A DNA stretch of 64,000 bases from Lama glama. Lineage: Eukaryota. The notes beneath the pieces are model-generated. The model was not told the origin of the DNA. It worked only from the letters and a program-made list of their open reading frames with translations, and did no database searches. Below are positions 1 through 12,702 of this stretch, in pieces (within the stretch, counting starts at the first letter, position 1; each line of letters begins with the position of its first letter). Location of the stretch: NCBI GenBank assembly GCA_028534125.1, contig CM052817.1, forward strand, positions 103,604,001-103,668,000, written 5' to 3'. Both the position numbers and the translations under genes were made by a program.

Positions 1-339
1 TTCTCCTTACTATAGAGTAAGTACATGTTCTATATGTTTTCACTTGGCAATTTTACCTTCTATCCAAGTTTCAACCATGACCCACGATTCCCAGGACCAG
101 CTGTCTCAATCTACATTCAAGTCTTGTACTATATCATCACTTGGTGTCTTGCAGGCAACTAAAACTCATTAACCTGTGTTCTGTGTGAAGGAGGACTTTC
201 CAGGAAGTTAAAGAAGTTTAAGGTTCACGTTTCTTCACTTGTACGAGTCTCTTCTAAGACCATGGGAGGACTCTAGAAATTTGTATTTGTAATTTTATAT
301 AATTTTTCTTAATAAAGTTGCCTGTGGTCATAAAGTCAG

Positions 340-702
340 TATCTTAGTGCTTGCAGCTGCTGTAACAAAAATTCCACAGGCTGTGTGGCTTAAACAACGA
401 TCATTTATTTCTCATAGTTCTGGAGGCTGAGAAATCCAAGATCCCTGCTCTGGCAGATTCTGTGTCTGGTGAGGACTCAGTTCCTGCTTCATAGACAGTT
501 ATCTTCTCACTGTGTCCTCATGGGGTGGAAGGGAGGTGGGAGCTCTCTGTGGTCTCTTTTATAAGGGCATGAATCTCATTCATGAGGGTTCCACCTTCCT
601 GGGCTAATCACCTCCCAAAAGCCCCAGTTCCAAATACCATTGCATTGGGGATTGGGTTTCAACATATGAATTCTGGGGGACACATGCATTTGGTCTATAA
701 TG
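340..702 (-). mobile_element. ERVL-MaLR solo LTR, MLT1A-like
   Basis: Reverse complement matches MLT1A hallmarks (ctcattcatgagggttccacc, ctaatcacctcccaaaagcccc, aacatatgaattctggggg); same family as 1561-1935 in the opposite orientation. Confidence 0.85.
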
Positions 703-1560
703 GGCAGTAAGTTACATTTTCCTTCATAGTTCCATGAGTGAATCCAGCATTTGTGTAACCCCAAGTTTGTACAATTAACCATGTCTATGAAGCACTTAAC
801 CTCACACGCAGCAGGTGGTCACCCAGTTGTAACAGTGTTGTCCTCAGATGCTTTACCTTGGTTAATGACATCACAGTCCTGCCCTACAACAGCCAGACAC
901 CTCAGAGTACCCATATCCAAGCCAGGAAATCCTATTGGTTTTGACTTTCTAATTAAGGCTTTGCCTTAATTCTGCCCCACAGTGTCTAATCACCACAATC
1001 TCTGCCTTTATTCATGTCTTCATTGTCTATTTCTTGATTTATTATGATAGCTTCCTAATTTGCTTCTGTGCTAAACTTACTCCAGGGCAATCTCTTTGCT
1101 GCTGATGAATGTATTTTCCTAAAGCCAAAATATAGTCACATCTCTATAGCTTAGTGCTTTTGAGATGTGGGTTTAATGTAGGGAGCTCCTACACAGTAGG
1201 GAGCCAACAAGTGTAACAGTCACTGACCATTAGTGTTCCTGTGCCACGTGTTGTGTTTCATACAGAATGTAGTTTCTCAGTTTTAATTATTCCTTCAGAA
1301 AAGCTTTTCCTGATGCCACCAAGCAATACAGTCATGTCACTGATGTTGTATACTTTATAATTCATATCTCAATCAACAATTATCTTGAATTTTTTTTTGT
1401 TAGTTCACTTATTTATTATCTGTCTCCCCTGCTATCCAGGTTTCAACCATGACCCATGGAATGAAGCTCCGTGTGGAGAGGGACTTTGTTTTTTTAACTT
1501 TTGTTCATTGATGTGTCTCCATTGCTTATTACTGCACCTGGCAAAAAAGCAGAATCTCAC

Positions 1561-1935
1561 TGCTATGGGCTGAATGTCTGCCCCCACCCCCACCCCACCC
1601 CGAATTCATACGTTGATTCCCTAATCCTCAGTGTGACAGCATTAGGAATTGGGGCCTTTGGGAGGTAACTAGGTCATGAGGGTGGAGTCCCTGTGAATAG
1701 GACTAGGGCCCTTCTAAGGAGAGGCACAAGAGATGATCTCTTGCTCCGTCTGACATGTGGAGATACAGCAAGAAGGCAGCCATCTACAAACCAGAATGCG
1801 GGTCCTCACCAGACCCCAACCATGCTGACACCTTGACCTTGGCGTTTCAGTCTCCAGAACTGTGAGAAATAAATACTTGTTCTTTAAGTCACTCAGTCTT
1901 TGGCATTTTTTGTTACAGCAGCCTGAGCTAAGACA
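1561..1935 (+). mobile_element. ERVL-MaLR solo LTR, MLT1A-like
   Basis: TG...CA termini (tgctatgggctgaatg...gctaagaca), aataaa at ~1868, exact 5-bp TSD CTCAC (1556-1560 / 1936-1940). Confidence 0.92.
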
Positions 1936-2249
1936 CTCACTGCATATTTGTTGAGGGAAAGAGCTGAGCTAGGATATTAACAACAAACAAATCCATAACC
2001 CCAGAACCGTCATATTCATTTAACAAAAGAAGTGATATAGTAGTGCCACAAAGTTGGGAAGATCATGATTGCAGAATAAAGGACGTTTAAGAACTGAGTC
2101 AGGGTTGTCTTATAAACCGTCCCTACATTTTTCGTGTGGTTGAACTTCCCTTGGGTGGTACAACCTTCTCACATCTAGTCTTGTGGCTGATAGCATGATT
2201 TCCTGTATATCTTAAGTAGCTTGACCTATGACATGTTATTAACACTCTT

Positions 2250-2402
2250 GTTTTTATTTTTGGGGGGGGGGGCTTGGGGGATAATTAGATTTATTTATTT
2301 TAAATTAATTATTATAATTTTTTTTAGCGGAGGTACTGGGAATTGAACCCAGTACCCTGTGCATGCTAAACACATGATAGACCACTGAGCTATACCCTCC
2401 AC
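2250..2402 (-). mobile_element. tRNA-Ala-derived SINE (camelid vic-1-like)
   Basis: Reverse complement of ggagggtatagctcagtggt...gggttcaattcccagtacctcc with A/B boxes, A-rich linker, taattatcccc motif and tail. Confidence 0.9.
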
Positions 2403-2947
2403 CTGAAATGTATTTCTTACTATAAGTCTCATAAAGTTGGGAACTAACCAGGGTGAACAGCCACAGTTTGTTTTGCTGAGCTATAGAGTTCTGTTCCACG
2501 AGGAAAGAGTTTTAATCCTGGCTAAATTATTTCTTTTATTTTCTAGACTTCTTCTAGAGCTGTGAATGAAAAGCTCTCTATGGCTTTTCCTCCATGGCCG
2601 TGTTCACAGTCCATCACCCCATCATTTCACTTCTCTTCTTATGCAGTTTATGTTCCATGGCCCAGCATTACAATCACCCTTTTGCAGACCTTCCATCCTT
2701 TTCCTTTCTTGCTTTGACATATAATTCTGGAAAAACAGTAACTCTGGTTAAAGCCACCTCCCTTCCCTTGTCCACTGTGTCCCAGGAAGCTGCATGCCGT
2801 TGGAACCAGCACACGACCTCACCTGCTCTTGGTGCTGCTGTGCAATCCTTCTACACTTTCCCAGCCCCGGGGCAGTCAAACTTTAACTCACATCAGAATC
2901 ACTTGTGTCTTACACAGGGCTCCACCTTGAGTTCCTGATTCAGAAGG

Positions 2948-3340
2948 TATGTTAGCTATCAATAGCAAATTATGTCAAAGTTTAGTGTTTTACAGCAAAC
3001 TTTTTTATTTTAACCTCATACCATTTCTTCAAGTCAGGAATCTGGGAGGAGCTTGGCTTGGCCCTGGCTTGGGATCTGGTGAAACTGCAGTCAAGTGATT
3101 GGCTGGGGGATGGCCTCCCAGACTGGGGCTGCTGACATGTAAGACTGTTTGTGATAGCTGGTTTCTCACAGAACAAGTGATCAGAGAGGAGAGAGGGACA
3201 GAATCTGCAGTCTTTTAAACCTCTGTCTTACTCCATTGGTTCCATAGGTCAGTGGGCAGAACTGTATCCTGGGACTAAATAAGGGTATTACTATCAGGAT
3301 ACAGGGGTGCTTAGGATCATCTTGGAGGTTGGCTACCACA
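2948..3340 (-). mobile_element. Old MaLR LTR (MLT1H/I/J-like), degraded
   Basis: tcaggaatctgggaggagcttggct and terminal ttggaggttggctaccaca typical of reverse-oriented old MLT1 LTRs. Confidence 0.6.
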
Positions 3341-3344
3341 GTTG

Positions 3345-3410
3345 TCTAAGGTGGAGCCCGAGATTTGCATTTTAAGCAAGTTTCCAGGTGACGTTGCTGC
3401 TGCTGGTCAC
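3345..3410. mobile_element. MER5A-like hAT-Charlie fragment
   Basis: ggtggagcccgagatttgcattttaagcaagtttccaggtgacgttgctgctgctggtc. Confidence 0.6.
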
Positions 3411-3509
3411 TCCCAGGCCCACCGCCCATGTCAGCCATTCCCTCACACTGCGCACCAGTGGTTTCAAACTGAAGTCCATTAGGACTTCGATGCTCGTGTA
3501 TAGAACTAC

Positions 3510-4995
3510 AGAAGACCCCGAATAGTCAACACAATCTTGAGAAAGAAGAACAAAGCTGGAAGAATCACACTTACTGACTTCAGACTATACTACAGAGCTA
3601 CAGTCATCACAACAGCGTGGGGCAGCACAAAAACAGACACATAGATCAATGGAACAGGATAGAGAGCCCAGAAATAAACCCATGCACTTATGGTCATTTA
3701 ATCTATGACAAAGGAGGTAAGAATATACAATGGAGAAAAGATGGTTTCTTCAATAAATGGTGCTGGGAAAACTGGACAGCTATACATAAAAGAATGAAAT
3801 TAGAATATTTTCTCACAGCATACACAAAACAAACAAAAAAATAAAAAAAAAACCTCAAAATAGATTAAGGACCAAAATCTAAGACCAGAAACTATAAAAC
3901 TCCCAGAAGAAAATGTAGGTGGAACAGTCTTTGGCATGAATTGTAGCAACATTTCTTTTTTTGGGGGGGATCTGTCTCCTAAAATAAAGGGGACAAAAGC
4001 AAAAATAAACAAATGGGAGCTAATTAAACTTAAAATCTTTTGAACAACAAAGGAAACCACTGACAAAATGAAAAGACAAACTAAAAGAATGGGGGAAAAT
4101 ATTTGCAAACGATATGACTGACAGGAGGTTAATATCCTCAATACATAAACAGCTCATATAACTCAACATCAAAAAAACAACCAACTAACAAACTGGATTA
4201 AAAAATGGGCAAAAGACCTGAATAGACATTTCTCCAAAGAAGACATACAGATGGCCAGCAGGCATGTGAAAAGATATTCAACATCACTAATCATCAGGGA
4301 AATGCAATCAAAGCCACAATGAGATTCCACCTCAGATCTGTCTGAATGGCTATCATCAAAGAGAACACACGTAAGAAATGTTGGTAAGGATGTGGAGAAG
4401 AAGGAACCCTCCTACACTGTTGTGGGCATGAAAATTGGGGCAGCCACTGTGGAAAACAATATGGAGGTTCCTCAAAAAACTAAAAATAGAACTACCATAT
4501 GACTCAGCAATTACTCTCCTGGATCTATATCTGAAAAAAACAAAAACAGTAATTCAAAAAAATACACATTTGACACAACATTGTAAAATGATTATAAATC
4601 AATAAAAAATGTTAAAAAAAAATACACGCAACCCAATGTTCATAGCAGCATTGTTTACAACTGCCAAGATAGGGAAGCAACCTGAGTGTTCATCAACAGA
4701 GGAATGGATAAAGAAGAAGTGGTCTATATACATAATGGAATAATACTCAGCCATAAAAAAGAATGAAATTTTGCCATTTGCAGTAATATGGATGGACCTG
4801 GAGATTGTCATTTTAAGTGAAGTAAGCCAGAAAGAGAAAGAAAAATACCATATGATATCGCTTATAGGTGGAATCTAAAGAAAAGGACACAAATGAATTT
4901 ATTTACAAAACAGAAACAGACTGACAGACACAGAGAACAAACTATGATTACCAGAGGGTAAAGGAGGTGGGAAGGGATAAATTAGGAATTCGAAA
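3510..4995 (+). mobile_element. L1 fragment (ORF2 C-terminal region into 3' UTR), decayed
   Basis: ORF 3617-3844 ([19 protein letters not shown]...NKWCWENW) is L1 ORF2; frameshifted; 3' UTR truncated near 4995. Confidence 0.95.
4568..4615 (+). mobile_element. ~48-bp L1 3' tip nested in an older L1
   Basis: atttgacacaacattgtaaaatgattataaatcaataaaaaatgtt flanked by repeat aaaaaaatacac (4556-4567 / 4616-4627). Confidence 0.8.
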
Positions 4996-4999
4996 ATCG

Positions 5000-5150
5000 C
5001 ACCTTTTAGGGAGTAATGGAAATGTTAGTTGTCTTGATTGTGATAGTGATTTCATTGGTGTACACATCTATCAGAATTCATTAAGTTGCACATCTGAAGT
5101 ATGTGTAGTTCACTGTACAGGAATCATACCATAATGAAGGTGTTAAAAGA
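5000..5150 (+). mobile_element. Old L1M 3' UTR fragment
   Basis: ttttagggagtaatggaaatgtt...tcttgattgtgatagtg...aattcattaagttgcacatc typical of L1MB/MC 3' ends. Confidence 0.7.
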
Positions 5151-5819
5151 TAATATAAAATGTCTGCATTACAATAGACCGGACATTACATCCTTAACTT
5201 TTCAAACTCACAATGAAGAAATATAAATGCTAACTTACAAATGTGTGAGGACACAGTTAAAAGGATTAGCTTAGAAGTGATCATTTCATTACTGCTTTCC
5301 CCTCAAACTTGCAACACCTTTCCCCTTTCTCTCAATCATTCTAGTTTTGATCTTGCTTATTTACTATTTCATGATTAACATCAGAGCAATGAGAAGAGGA
5401 TTTCTGCTTCACTGATGTAATAATCTTCACTTAACTGACAAACATTTTAACATTTGTCAGAAGTGACCTGTGAAAAAGGATCATGAACTGGAAAAACCAC
5501 GAGTGTGTGTGTTTGTGTCCATGTGAAAAAGTGACTGTTAGGGAGAGAGCAAATGATAGCGAATGATACTGATTCATCTCTAAAGACAGGGATCAGAGAC
5601 AGAATCAGTGTCTTATTTCTGATTACCCTCTTCTTTCTACTTTATATTGGAGCTATAAAAGCAAATGGAAGGTAAAATTGGCATCAGTAAATACGTTTTA
5701 CTGATTTACCACCAACCCCATTCTGCCGTTAAGACCACCAGGATGTGAAATTTCTTGGACTAGTAATGTTGACTTACTACTTTTTTTTTCAGTGTGAAAG
5801 TCTTTGAAGTCTTTGACTC

Positions 5820-5885
5820 TTTTTCTTTTTTTAATTCTTATTTTTTATTGCAGTGTAGTCGATTTACAATGTTAGTGTCAGGTGG
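5820..5885 (-). mobile_element. L1 3' tip
   Basis: T-rich tail followed by tttttattgcagtgtagtcgatttacaatgttagtgtcaggt. Confidence 0.65.
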
Positions 5886-6643
5886 GTCTCAGCTACTTTT
5901 GATGCCTATCCAGTTTCAGTGCTTGACACACAATATTTTTGTTTCAAAATTATTTGCTCAATGAAAAATTTAACTTAGTTGCTTTTTATACATTGTTTTG
6001 TAAAGAGATAGTTTATAGTTTTCAACCTAATTCAACACATTTACTAAGTCCCTACTATGTTTTAGGTACTTGTCTAGATCCTGGAGTTAGTCAAAAAGAA
6101 ACAAAGACAAGCATGGGTTGAAATGTTCTCTCAATTCAGGGCTAATAAATTCCAAGAATATAGGTGCGGTTAAATTCTTTATGCTGTAACTCAATAGACT
6201 TCATAAAAACATAGCTGGAAAGGAGTTTAGGTAAAATCAAGTCTGGTGGCCTTACAGATAATAAGTAAGTAAAGTCAAGAAAGTTTAAGGAATTTGCCCC
6301 AAATCACACAGCTAGCTCATATCATCGCTGTGAACGCCATTCCCAGAGGTTTGTTCATTACCATCAACCTTGCTGCCAAGTAGATACATAAATAGAGACA
6401 AGTATTTGAATGTGTAAACAAGTTTTTTTTTAAATAACTGGCTTCTTGTGAATTGTGAATTTTTTGCATAGCTGAATTTAATACTACCCTCAACTTTCAG
6501 GTATATATGGTCATCTGCTCTTTGAAGTTTGTCATTTCTAGAATATTTATAACATCTACATCTGGGGAATAGAAGACTGCTTATATTTAGGGTTCTTCAG
6601 AAATGCTGATTATTATTATTATTTTTAATGATTTATCTGTTAT

Positions 6644-7128
6644 AGCAAAGGTATGCAAACTGCAAGACCATGGGCCACTCTGGCTTGATCCTGTTTTCAT
6701 ACAATCTATAAGTGAAGAATGATTTTCATGTTTTTAAGTAAATGGGAAAAAATTAGAAGAATAGTATCCCATGACATGTGAAAATGCTATGAAATCCTAA
6801 TGTTAATGTCCATTAATATAGTTTGGGGGGGGGTTGGAGGTAATTAGGTTTATTTATTTAATTTTTTTTTTTTAATGGAGGTACTGGGGATTGAACCCAG
6901 GACCTTGTGCATGCTAAGCGTGCTCTCTGATACTTGACCTATACCCTCCCTCCACAGTGTCCATTAGTATTGTTTTATCAGAACACAGCTGTGTTCATTC
7001 ACGTACTGTCTGTGGTTGTCTTCTCAATACAACAGCAGAACTGAATGATTGCAACAGAGACCATGTGGCCTGCAAAGCTTAAAGTATTTACTCTCTGGCC
7101 CTTTATGGGTAAAGTTTATTCATCCTTG
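6644..7128. mobile_element. MER58B-like hAT-Charlie MITE interrupted by a SINE
   Basis: gcaaactgcaagaccatgggcc...catgacatgtgaaaatgctatgaaat...gcaacagagaccatgtggcctgcaaagcttaaagtatttactctctggcccttta. Confidence 0.8.
6825..6952 (-). mobile_element. tRNA-Ala-derived SINE (vic-1-like)
   Basis: Typical head and linker; imperfect TSD tgtccattaatatagttt / tgtccattagtattgttt. Confidence 0.92.
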
Positions 7129-7495
7129 CACTACAGCAACAAATATCCTATTAAACCTGCCTCTCGCTCCCAACACTTGTGGGACATTTAGATAGCTATT
7201 TAATAGGAACCAATGATTTCAGTATCTTTGAGGACTGTACCAAAGCTTTATCCCTAAATTGCAAATAACCCAAAACAGGTCCAGATTTTTCCTTACTTTC
7301 TCTTCTTGCTTAATACTGTGTTGATATCTGCGTAGTCCTCTCCTGAAAAAATTCAAGCTTACAAGTGGTGTTTATATTTGACAGAAATAAAAGCTTTCCA
7401 CAGCCACCAGCAGAAGGTCTGCATTGAGATAATTTATATTGAGGGCAGCAGAGCAGTCTTGCCAGGGGATCTGACTATATTGTCTGCAAGGGAGA

Positions 7496-7558
7496 ATGTG
7501 TGTGTGTTTTTTTGTTTTGTTTTGTTTTGTTTTGTTTTGTTTTGTTTTGCTTTGCTTT
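7496..7558 (+). repeat. (TG)n plus (TTTTG)n microsatellite
   Basis: Directly visible tandem units. Confidence 0.95.
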
Positions 7559-7847
7559 CTGTGTTTCAAGCTCCTTATGCTTTATGTCTCGATAGTTAAA
7601 ACTAAACATTTTATATGGATTTAAGAGCTTAATATTTTTTTGAGAGGGAAGTTCTGGGCTAATAATAGAACTAGTCAAAAAACAGTTTCTTAAGTAAACT
7701 TAAGGAGATTTCTCAAGCTATTAAAACATACTGCATAACAACTTCAACTTTGACTCCAATAAAGTTTACTAGCAACTCAATGAAAATGAAATACACATAA
7801 TGAAAACACATATGGAAATGTTTACCTTCATTAGAATTTAAATAAAG

Positions 7848-7989
7848 GCGGGGTTCAGCTCAGTGGTAGAGAGCTTGCTTAGCATGCATGAGGTTTCAGG
7901 TTCAATTCCCAGTACCTCCATCAAAAATTAAAAAAAAATTTGAAGAAAAACCAAATCTAGTTACCTACCCTCTCCGAAAAAGCTTAAAA
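7848..7989 (+). mobile_element. tRNA-Ala-derived SINE inserted in an old L1 fragment
   Basis: agctcagtggtagagagcttgcttagcatgcatgagg...ggttcaattcccagtacctcc; TSD aatttaaataaa on both sides; flanks rejoin as L1 ORF2-like sequence. Confidence 0.9.
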
Positions 7990-8264
7990 AATTTAAATAA
8001 ATGCAACTTAAAACAGTGATTAAATACCATTTTTCCTTCATTAAATTACAAAGAAAAAAGATGACACTCTAACACTGACCATTGTGTAGTGACACAAGGA
8101 ATGTTGATACTCTTTTACGATGCAAACTTAATTTTTTTGGCACTTCAAGGCTTTCCAAAAAGAAATTCCTTCCAAAAGAATTCACTTGAACATTGAAGGT
8201 TTTTGATGTGTTATAAAAAGTAACAAATCTTGAGCAACAAGGGTCCATTCACATTCTAACCTAA

Positions 8265-8710
8265 ATCCCATGGTTGTTATCTAAAGCACAAATTTAACAT
8301 GCCACTCCTCTGCTTAAAATCCTTTGAAGATTCCCCATAATCTGCTGAGCAAAATCCCAGTCTCTAGAGGCATTAAAGTCTCTGTCATCTTGGCCTGGAC
8401 TTTCCCTCTCTTATTTCCTGCCATTCTACCTGCGTCATAAATCCTCCTTCTCCCCCTCCCCCAATGAAACTCATTCCTCCAGAAACCGGCCCCTGATCTC
8501 TTCTGCATCATTCATTTCTCCCCCTCTTTCCTGGGTCACTTGCAAACACAATACTTTCTCCCACCTCAAAAATTCTTTCTGCATCTCAGATATTGTCAGC
8601 TACTATCCTATTTCTCTCCTTTAAAACAGATTTTTTGAAAGAGTTGCCTATATTTTATTGAGGATTTGTCTCCAGTTTCTCTCTTTCCATTTTCTCTTGA
8701 ATACATTCTT
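8265..8710. mobile_element. L2 LINE fragments
   Basis: catgccactcctctgcttaaaatcctttgaagattcccca and pyrimidine-rich L2-like sequence. Confidence 0.6.
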
Positions 8711-9384
8711 CTCTCCTTTTTAAAAAAAAACTTGATTCTTTATTATGGGAAAATTTTTAAATAAACAGAGAATTGTATACTCATCCAGCTTCTAATGGAT
8801 TATTTCAAAGCCAACAGCAGATATATGAACATATTCTAAACAGCCTTTCAGATCCATCATCCGATCAACTGTTCTTTTCTAAGTCAAAAATGACCTTCAC
8901 CTCAGTTTGTGCAGTAAAATACACACCCATATACCGTTCTTCAAAGCAATAGCTTGGATTGAACGCTATATGTATTTATTAAAAATGGAAAACACAGGGA
9001 AAAATCAACAGAAAGTTGACTACTCAGAGCCAGTCAATACTGACATTTTAGTGAAATTTATCTCCAATTTTATGCTATGCAAATGAACATGTATTTAAAA
9101 AAATAAGATTACACTATTATAAAATCTTTTCTTTTTTAATGAATTATGCACATGGATTTTTATGTTCAATAAATGACAGGTCTAGATCATTTTCTAAGCT
9201 CTTTAGCAATCTGTCATTTTTATGTTTTATGATTTATTAAAATAATTTTCTATATTTGTACATTTTACGTTTCCAATTTTAACTCTCATATCCGCTATTG
9301 TAATGGTCATCCTCATAAAGCATTTTTGTGCACCCGTAGTGTACTGCTTCAGGATGAATTCCTAGAATTAAAATTTCGAGTATT

Positions 9385-10150
9385 GCATGTTTTTATTCTT
9401 CTTATTATAGGTTACTACAAGACATTGAATATAGTTATCTATGCTAAACAGAAAGAACTTCTTGTTTATCTATTTTATATATATTACTTAAGGTTTGCCA
9501 ATCTCAAACTCCCAATTTATCCCTCCCCACCCTCTTCCCCTTCAGGAACCATAAGATTGTTTATTATGTCTGTGAATCTGTTTCTGTTTTACAGACAAAT
9601 TCCTTAGTGTCTTCCTTTTTCCTTTTTTAGATTCCACATATAAGTGGTATCATATAGTGTTTTTCTTTCTCTTTCTGGCTTACTTCACTTTGAATGGCGA
9701 TCTCCAGGTCCATCCATATTGCTGCAAATGGCATTATTTTATTCTTTTTTATGCCTGAGTAGTATTCCATTGTATAAATACACCACAGCTTCTTTATACA
9801 GTCATCTGTCGATGGATATTTAGGTTGCTTCCATGTCTTGGTTACTGTATATAGTGCTGCTATAAACATTGAGATGCATGTATCTTTTTGAATTAGAGTT
9901 CCCTCCAGATATATGCCCAGGCGTGGGATTGCTGGATCATATGCTAAGTCTATTTTTAGTTTTTAAAGGAACCTCCATACTATTTTCCATCATGGCTGCA
10001 CGAAATTACATCCCCTCCAATAGTGTAGAAGGACTCCCTTTTCTCCACAGCCTCTGCAGCATTTGTCATTTGTGGACTTTTGAATGATGGTCATTCTGAC
10101 TGGTGTGAGGTGATACCTCATTGTAGTTTTGATTCTGATAATTAGTGATA
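9385..10150 (-). mobile_element. L1 3' fragment
   Basis: Minus ORF 9627-9869 (MFIAALYTVTKTWKQPKYPSTDD...) is the L1 ORF2 C-terminus, followed by 3' UTR. Confidence 0.95.
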
Positions 10151-11171
10151 TAACCAATTAACCTATTGAAGCCATCTGAGGAACCTTTTGGGGGGAAGAT
10201 AAAACTAATTTTATTCAGGAAGTTGAAGCTGGATCTCAATGGAAAGATCTAAGGCCAGTGTGTTTTACATTGACAAATACTAAAAGGAAGACATGTCCTT
10301 ACATTTCTAAAGAAATATGGTCATCACAGAGCCTTTTTATTCCTCTAACTTAAATTCTCAAATGACCTTCAATTCTGAAATTGTGGAAAAGAACCTTAAC
10401 ACTGCCCAGGAGTCTGACCCTCTAAGAAGTGGAGAAGCCTAGGAACTGAAAGTTTGCTGGGGGTTTACACAACCATTTCCATCTGCTTTCAGAGAAAACT
10501 CTTGATTTACAGAATGTCCAGCTAGCCCCAGGCATTAATTAGCATAGTCTGAATGATAAGAGTAACTTAAAAAAATCAGTCAACAATAAATGACTGGTTT
10601 GCTTTCATCACTGCAATTCCAATACCTAACTCACATTTTAAAAATGGGACAGTCTACTTGTTTATTATTATATTTTAGTATAAGGAGACAAGAATTGGTG
10701 GGGCTGGATTCTCTGTCCCTTAAATTGTTTTGATTTTGAAAGAATTCCTTAATTCAGGATATAATGTGAGTTTCAATTCCTTGGAATAGATGGATTCTGG
10801 ATTCAGTCTGTGGTTTAGATAAGACTCAAGTCTTGAGTTCTCAGCTTATATGAGCTGCAGAGTTGGTCTGATACCCTAAAAAAGGCTTTTGGGGTGGGGT
10901 TGGTGGGGTGTTTCCTAGATTAGATATTATCAGAACTCAGCATTCTCCTGGTCAACATACTGATCTCATGACTGGATGGGAAAATAAATGGCTGTGGTGG
11001 TAAATGCTGGGTCGCATGGGACCTGTTCTCTCATCATTGAAACTTTCTCATAGGTCTAGTGATGCCTAAGCCATTGTTTTTCATAGAATTATAGGGCTGG
11101 TAGTTACTTTAGAATTATTAGTCTCTTTTTGACCCAGTGGACAAACTTCTTTGGCAATATCCTAGAGAGAT

Positions 11172-11782
11172 TGTTACCAAATTCAGGTTCACCAGCTCGC
11201 CGCAGGAAAGCCAATACTCAAAAGAGACAAGTGTTGATGGAAAGGAAACGTTACTTTATTCATGAGGCCAGCAACCCGAGGAGAAGGCAGACTTGTGTCC
11301 AAAAACCAACTTTGAAGATTCTGCTGAACTATGAAAGTTTTTAAAGGGAGAATAAAGTTTTTAAAGGAAGGGGGTCATAGTCTTCATTATCTTCCACTGT
11401 GGTCAGACGTTCTTCTGATTGGTTGGTGGGGAGGTAACAGGGAGATGCTCCAAGAATCTTGTGCTCAGCCTGAGTTACTATCCTCTACCTGGGTGGGGGT
11501 CTCAGTTCCCCTGCAGAAGAACTCAAAGATATTATTATGTGTCTACCTGGAGAAGGAATCAGGAACCTGACCCGAGGTTGCACTATTGTTTCTTGACTGT
11601 TCCTCCCTTTGTCTGCATTCCCTCCCTTCCCTGATTAGCAACTGTTTGAATCTGCCCTTTGGAACTCAGGGAAGGTCAAGGAGGCTGAATGAAGCCTATT
11701 TCCTACAAACAAGAAATGGGGGTGGGAGGGGACAGAAAGGATTTGTACCCCAGAGGGCCCGACAGGGTCCTGCTCTGTTTCA
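11172..11782 (-). mobile_element. ERV1-class solo LTR
   Basis: Minus-strand termini TGAAAC...GGTAACA, exact 4-bp TSD AGAT (11168-11171 / 11783-11786), minus-strand AATAAA (tttatt ~11255) and CCAAT (attgg ~11418). Confidence 0.88.
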
Positions 11783-12251
11783 AGATAATTATCCTCAACT
11801 CTTCTAAGGAGAAATTTATTTATTTATTTCATCATGAAGAAGCCCATTGAACAGGTTTACATTTTAAAAATATATTATTAATCACATAATTTAAAAATTT
11901 CTAATAAAATTATTTTCTAAGAAGATAATGAGTATCTGTCTGAAATACCTAGCCATTGCTTCCAGTTCTGAGTTTTGTGGTATTCCAGAATAAATCTAGT
12001 TCCTTAAAAAAATGTTTTTTTATTAAAAACATCTTTCCATATTTGGAGAAAAACTCTGCCTCTCCCTGAGTCTTCCCTTCTGCAGTGTAAGCATCTCTAG
12101 TTTCCTCAAGAAAACTTTGCGTAACATGATCTGTTTATTTTGTCCTTTGTCATTCTGAGGGGCCCAGGCTCATTCCTGTACCTTTTCGTATGTAACGTCA
12201 AACCCAGAAAACCAGCATTTTACAATAGCTATGAACTCACTCAGGAGCATA

Positions 12252-12624
12252 TGGTTAAAAAACAAAATTCTACTAAGTAAATTTAAAAGATCTTACTGGC
12301 TTCATTCAGTGATTCATGAATTAGGCAGCTTTCAATCTAACAGCTAAAAGCGTGCACCGAAGTGCTGTCCAAGGTAAGAGAATTTACAGGCAGAAGGGAG
12401 CAGGAACAAAGAAGTCATACTGGGCAGGAAAGCAGATTGGTTATTGCAAAGTTACTTTCCCTGTAAAGCATGTCAGGGGTCTATCAGCACCAAGCCGCCC
12501 GAGCTTTGAACTGCGTCTGCGAATGTCTGCGCTTTAACTTGACTTATTTTGTGCATTCGTTAGCAAGAGGTCCTAAAGTCGTTGCTTCTTCACTTTACTC
12601 CATTTTGGCTGATGCATTGTTTCA
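12252..12624 (-). mobile_element. Probable ERV1-class solo LTR
   Basis: Minus strand begins TGAAACAATG...aaaatggagt, has a CCAAT box and ends gaattttgttttttaacca; TSD not clearly preserved. Confidence 0.6.
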
Positions 12625-12702
12625 TAAGAATGCTCTACTCTACAACAGCAGGGGAAACTACAGTATATATACATATAATACACACTGTAAGTGTATTAAT
12701 AG

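Noticed and set aside
7372..7678. ORFs with KTKQN / FCFVL repeats
   Set aside because: Translations of the (TTTTG)n microsatellite
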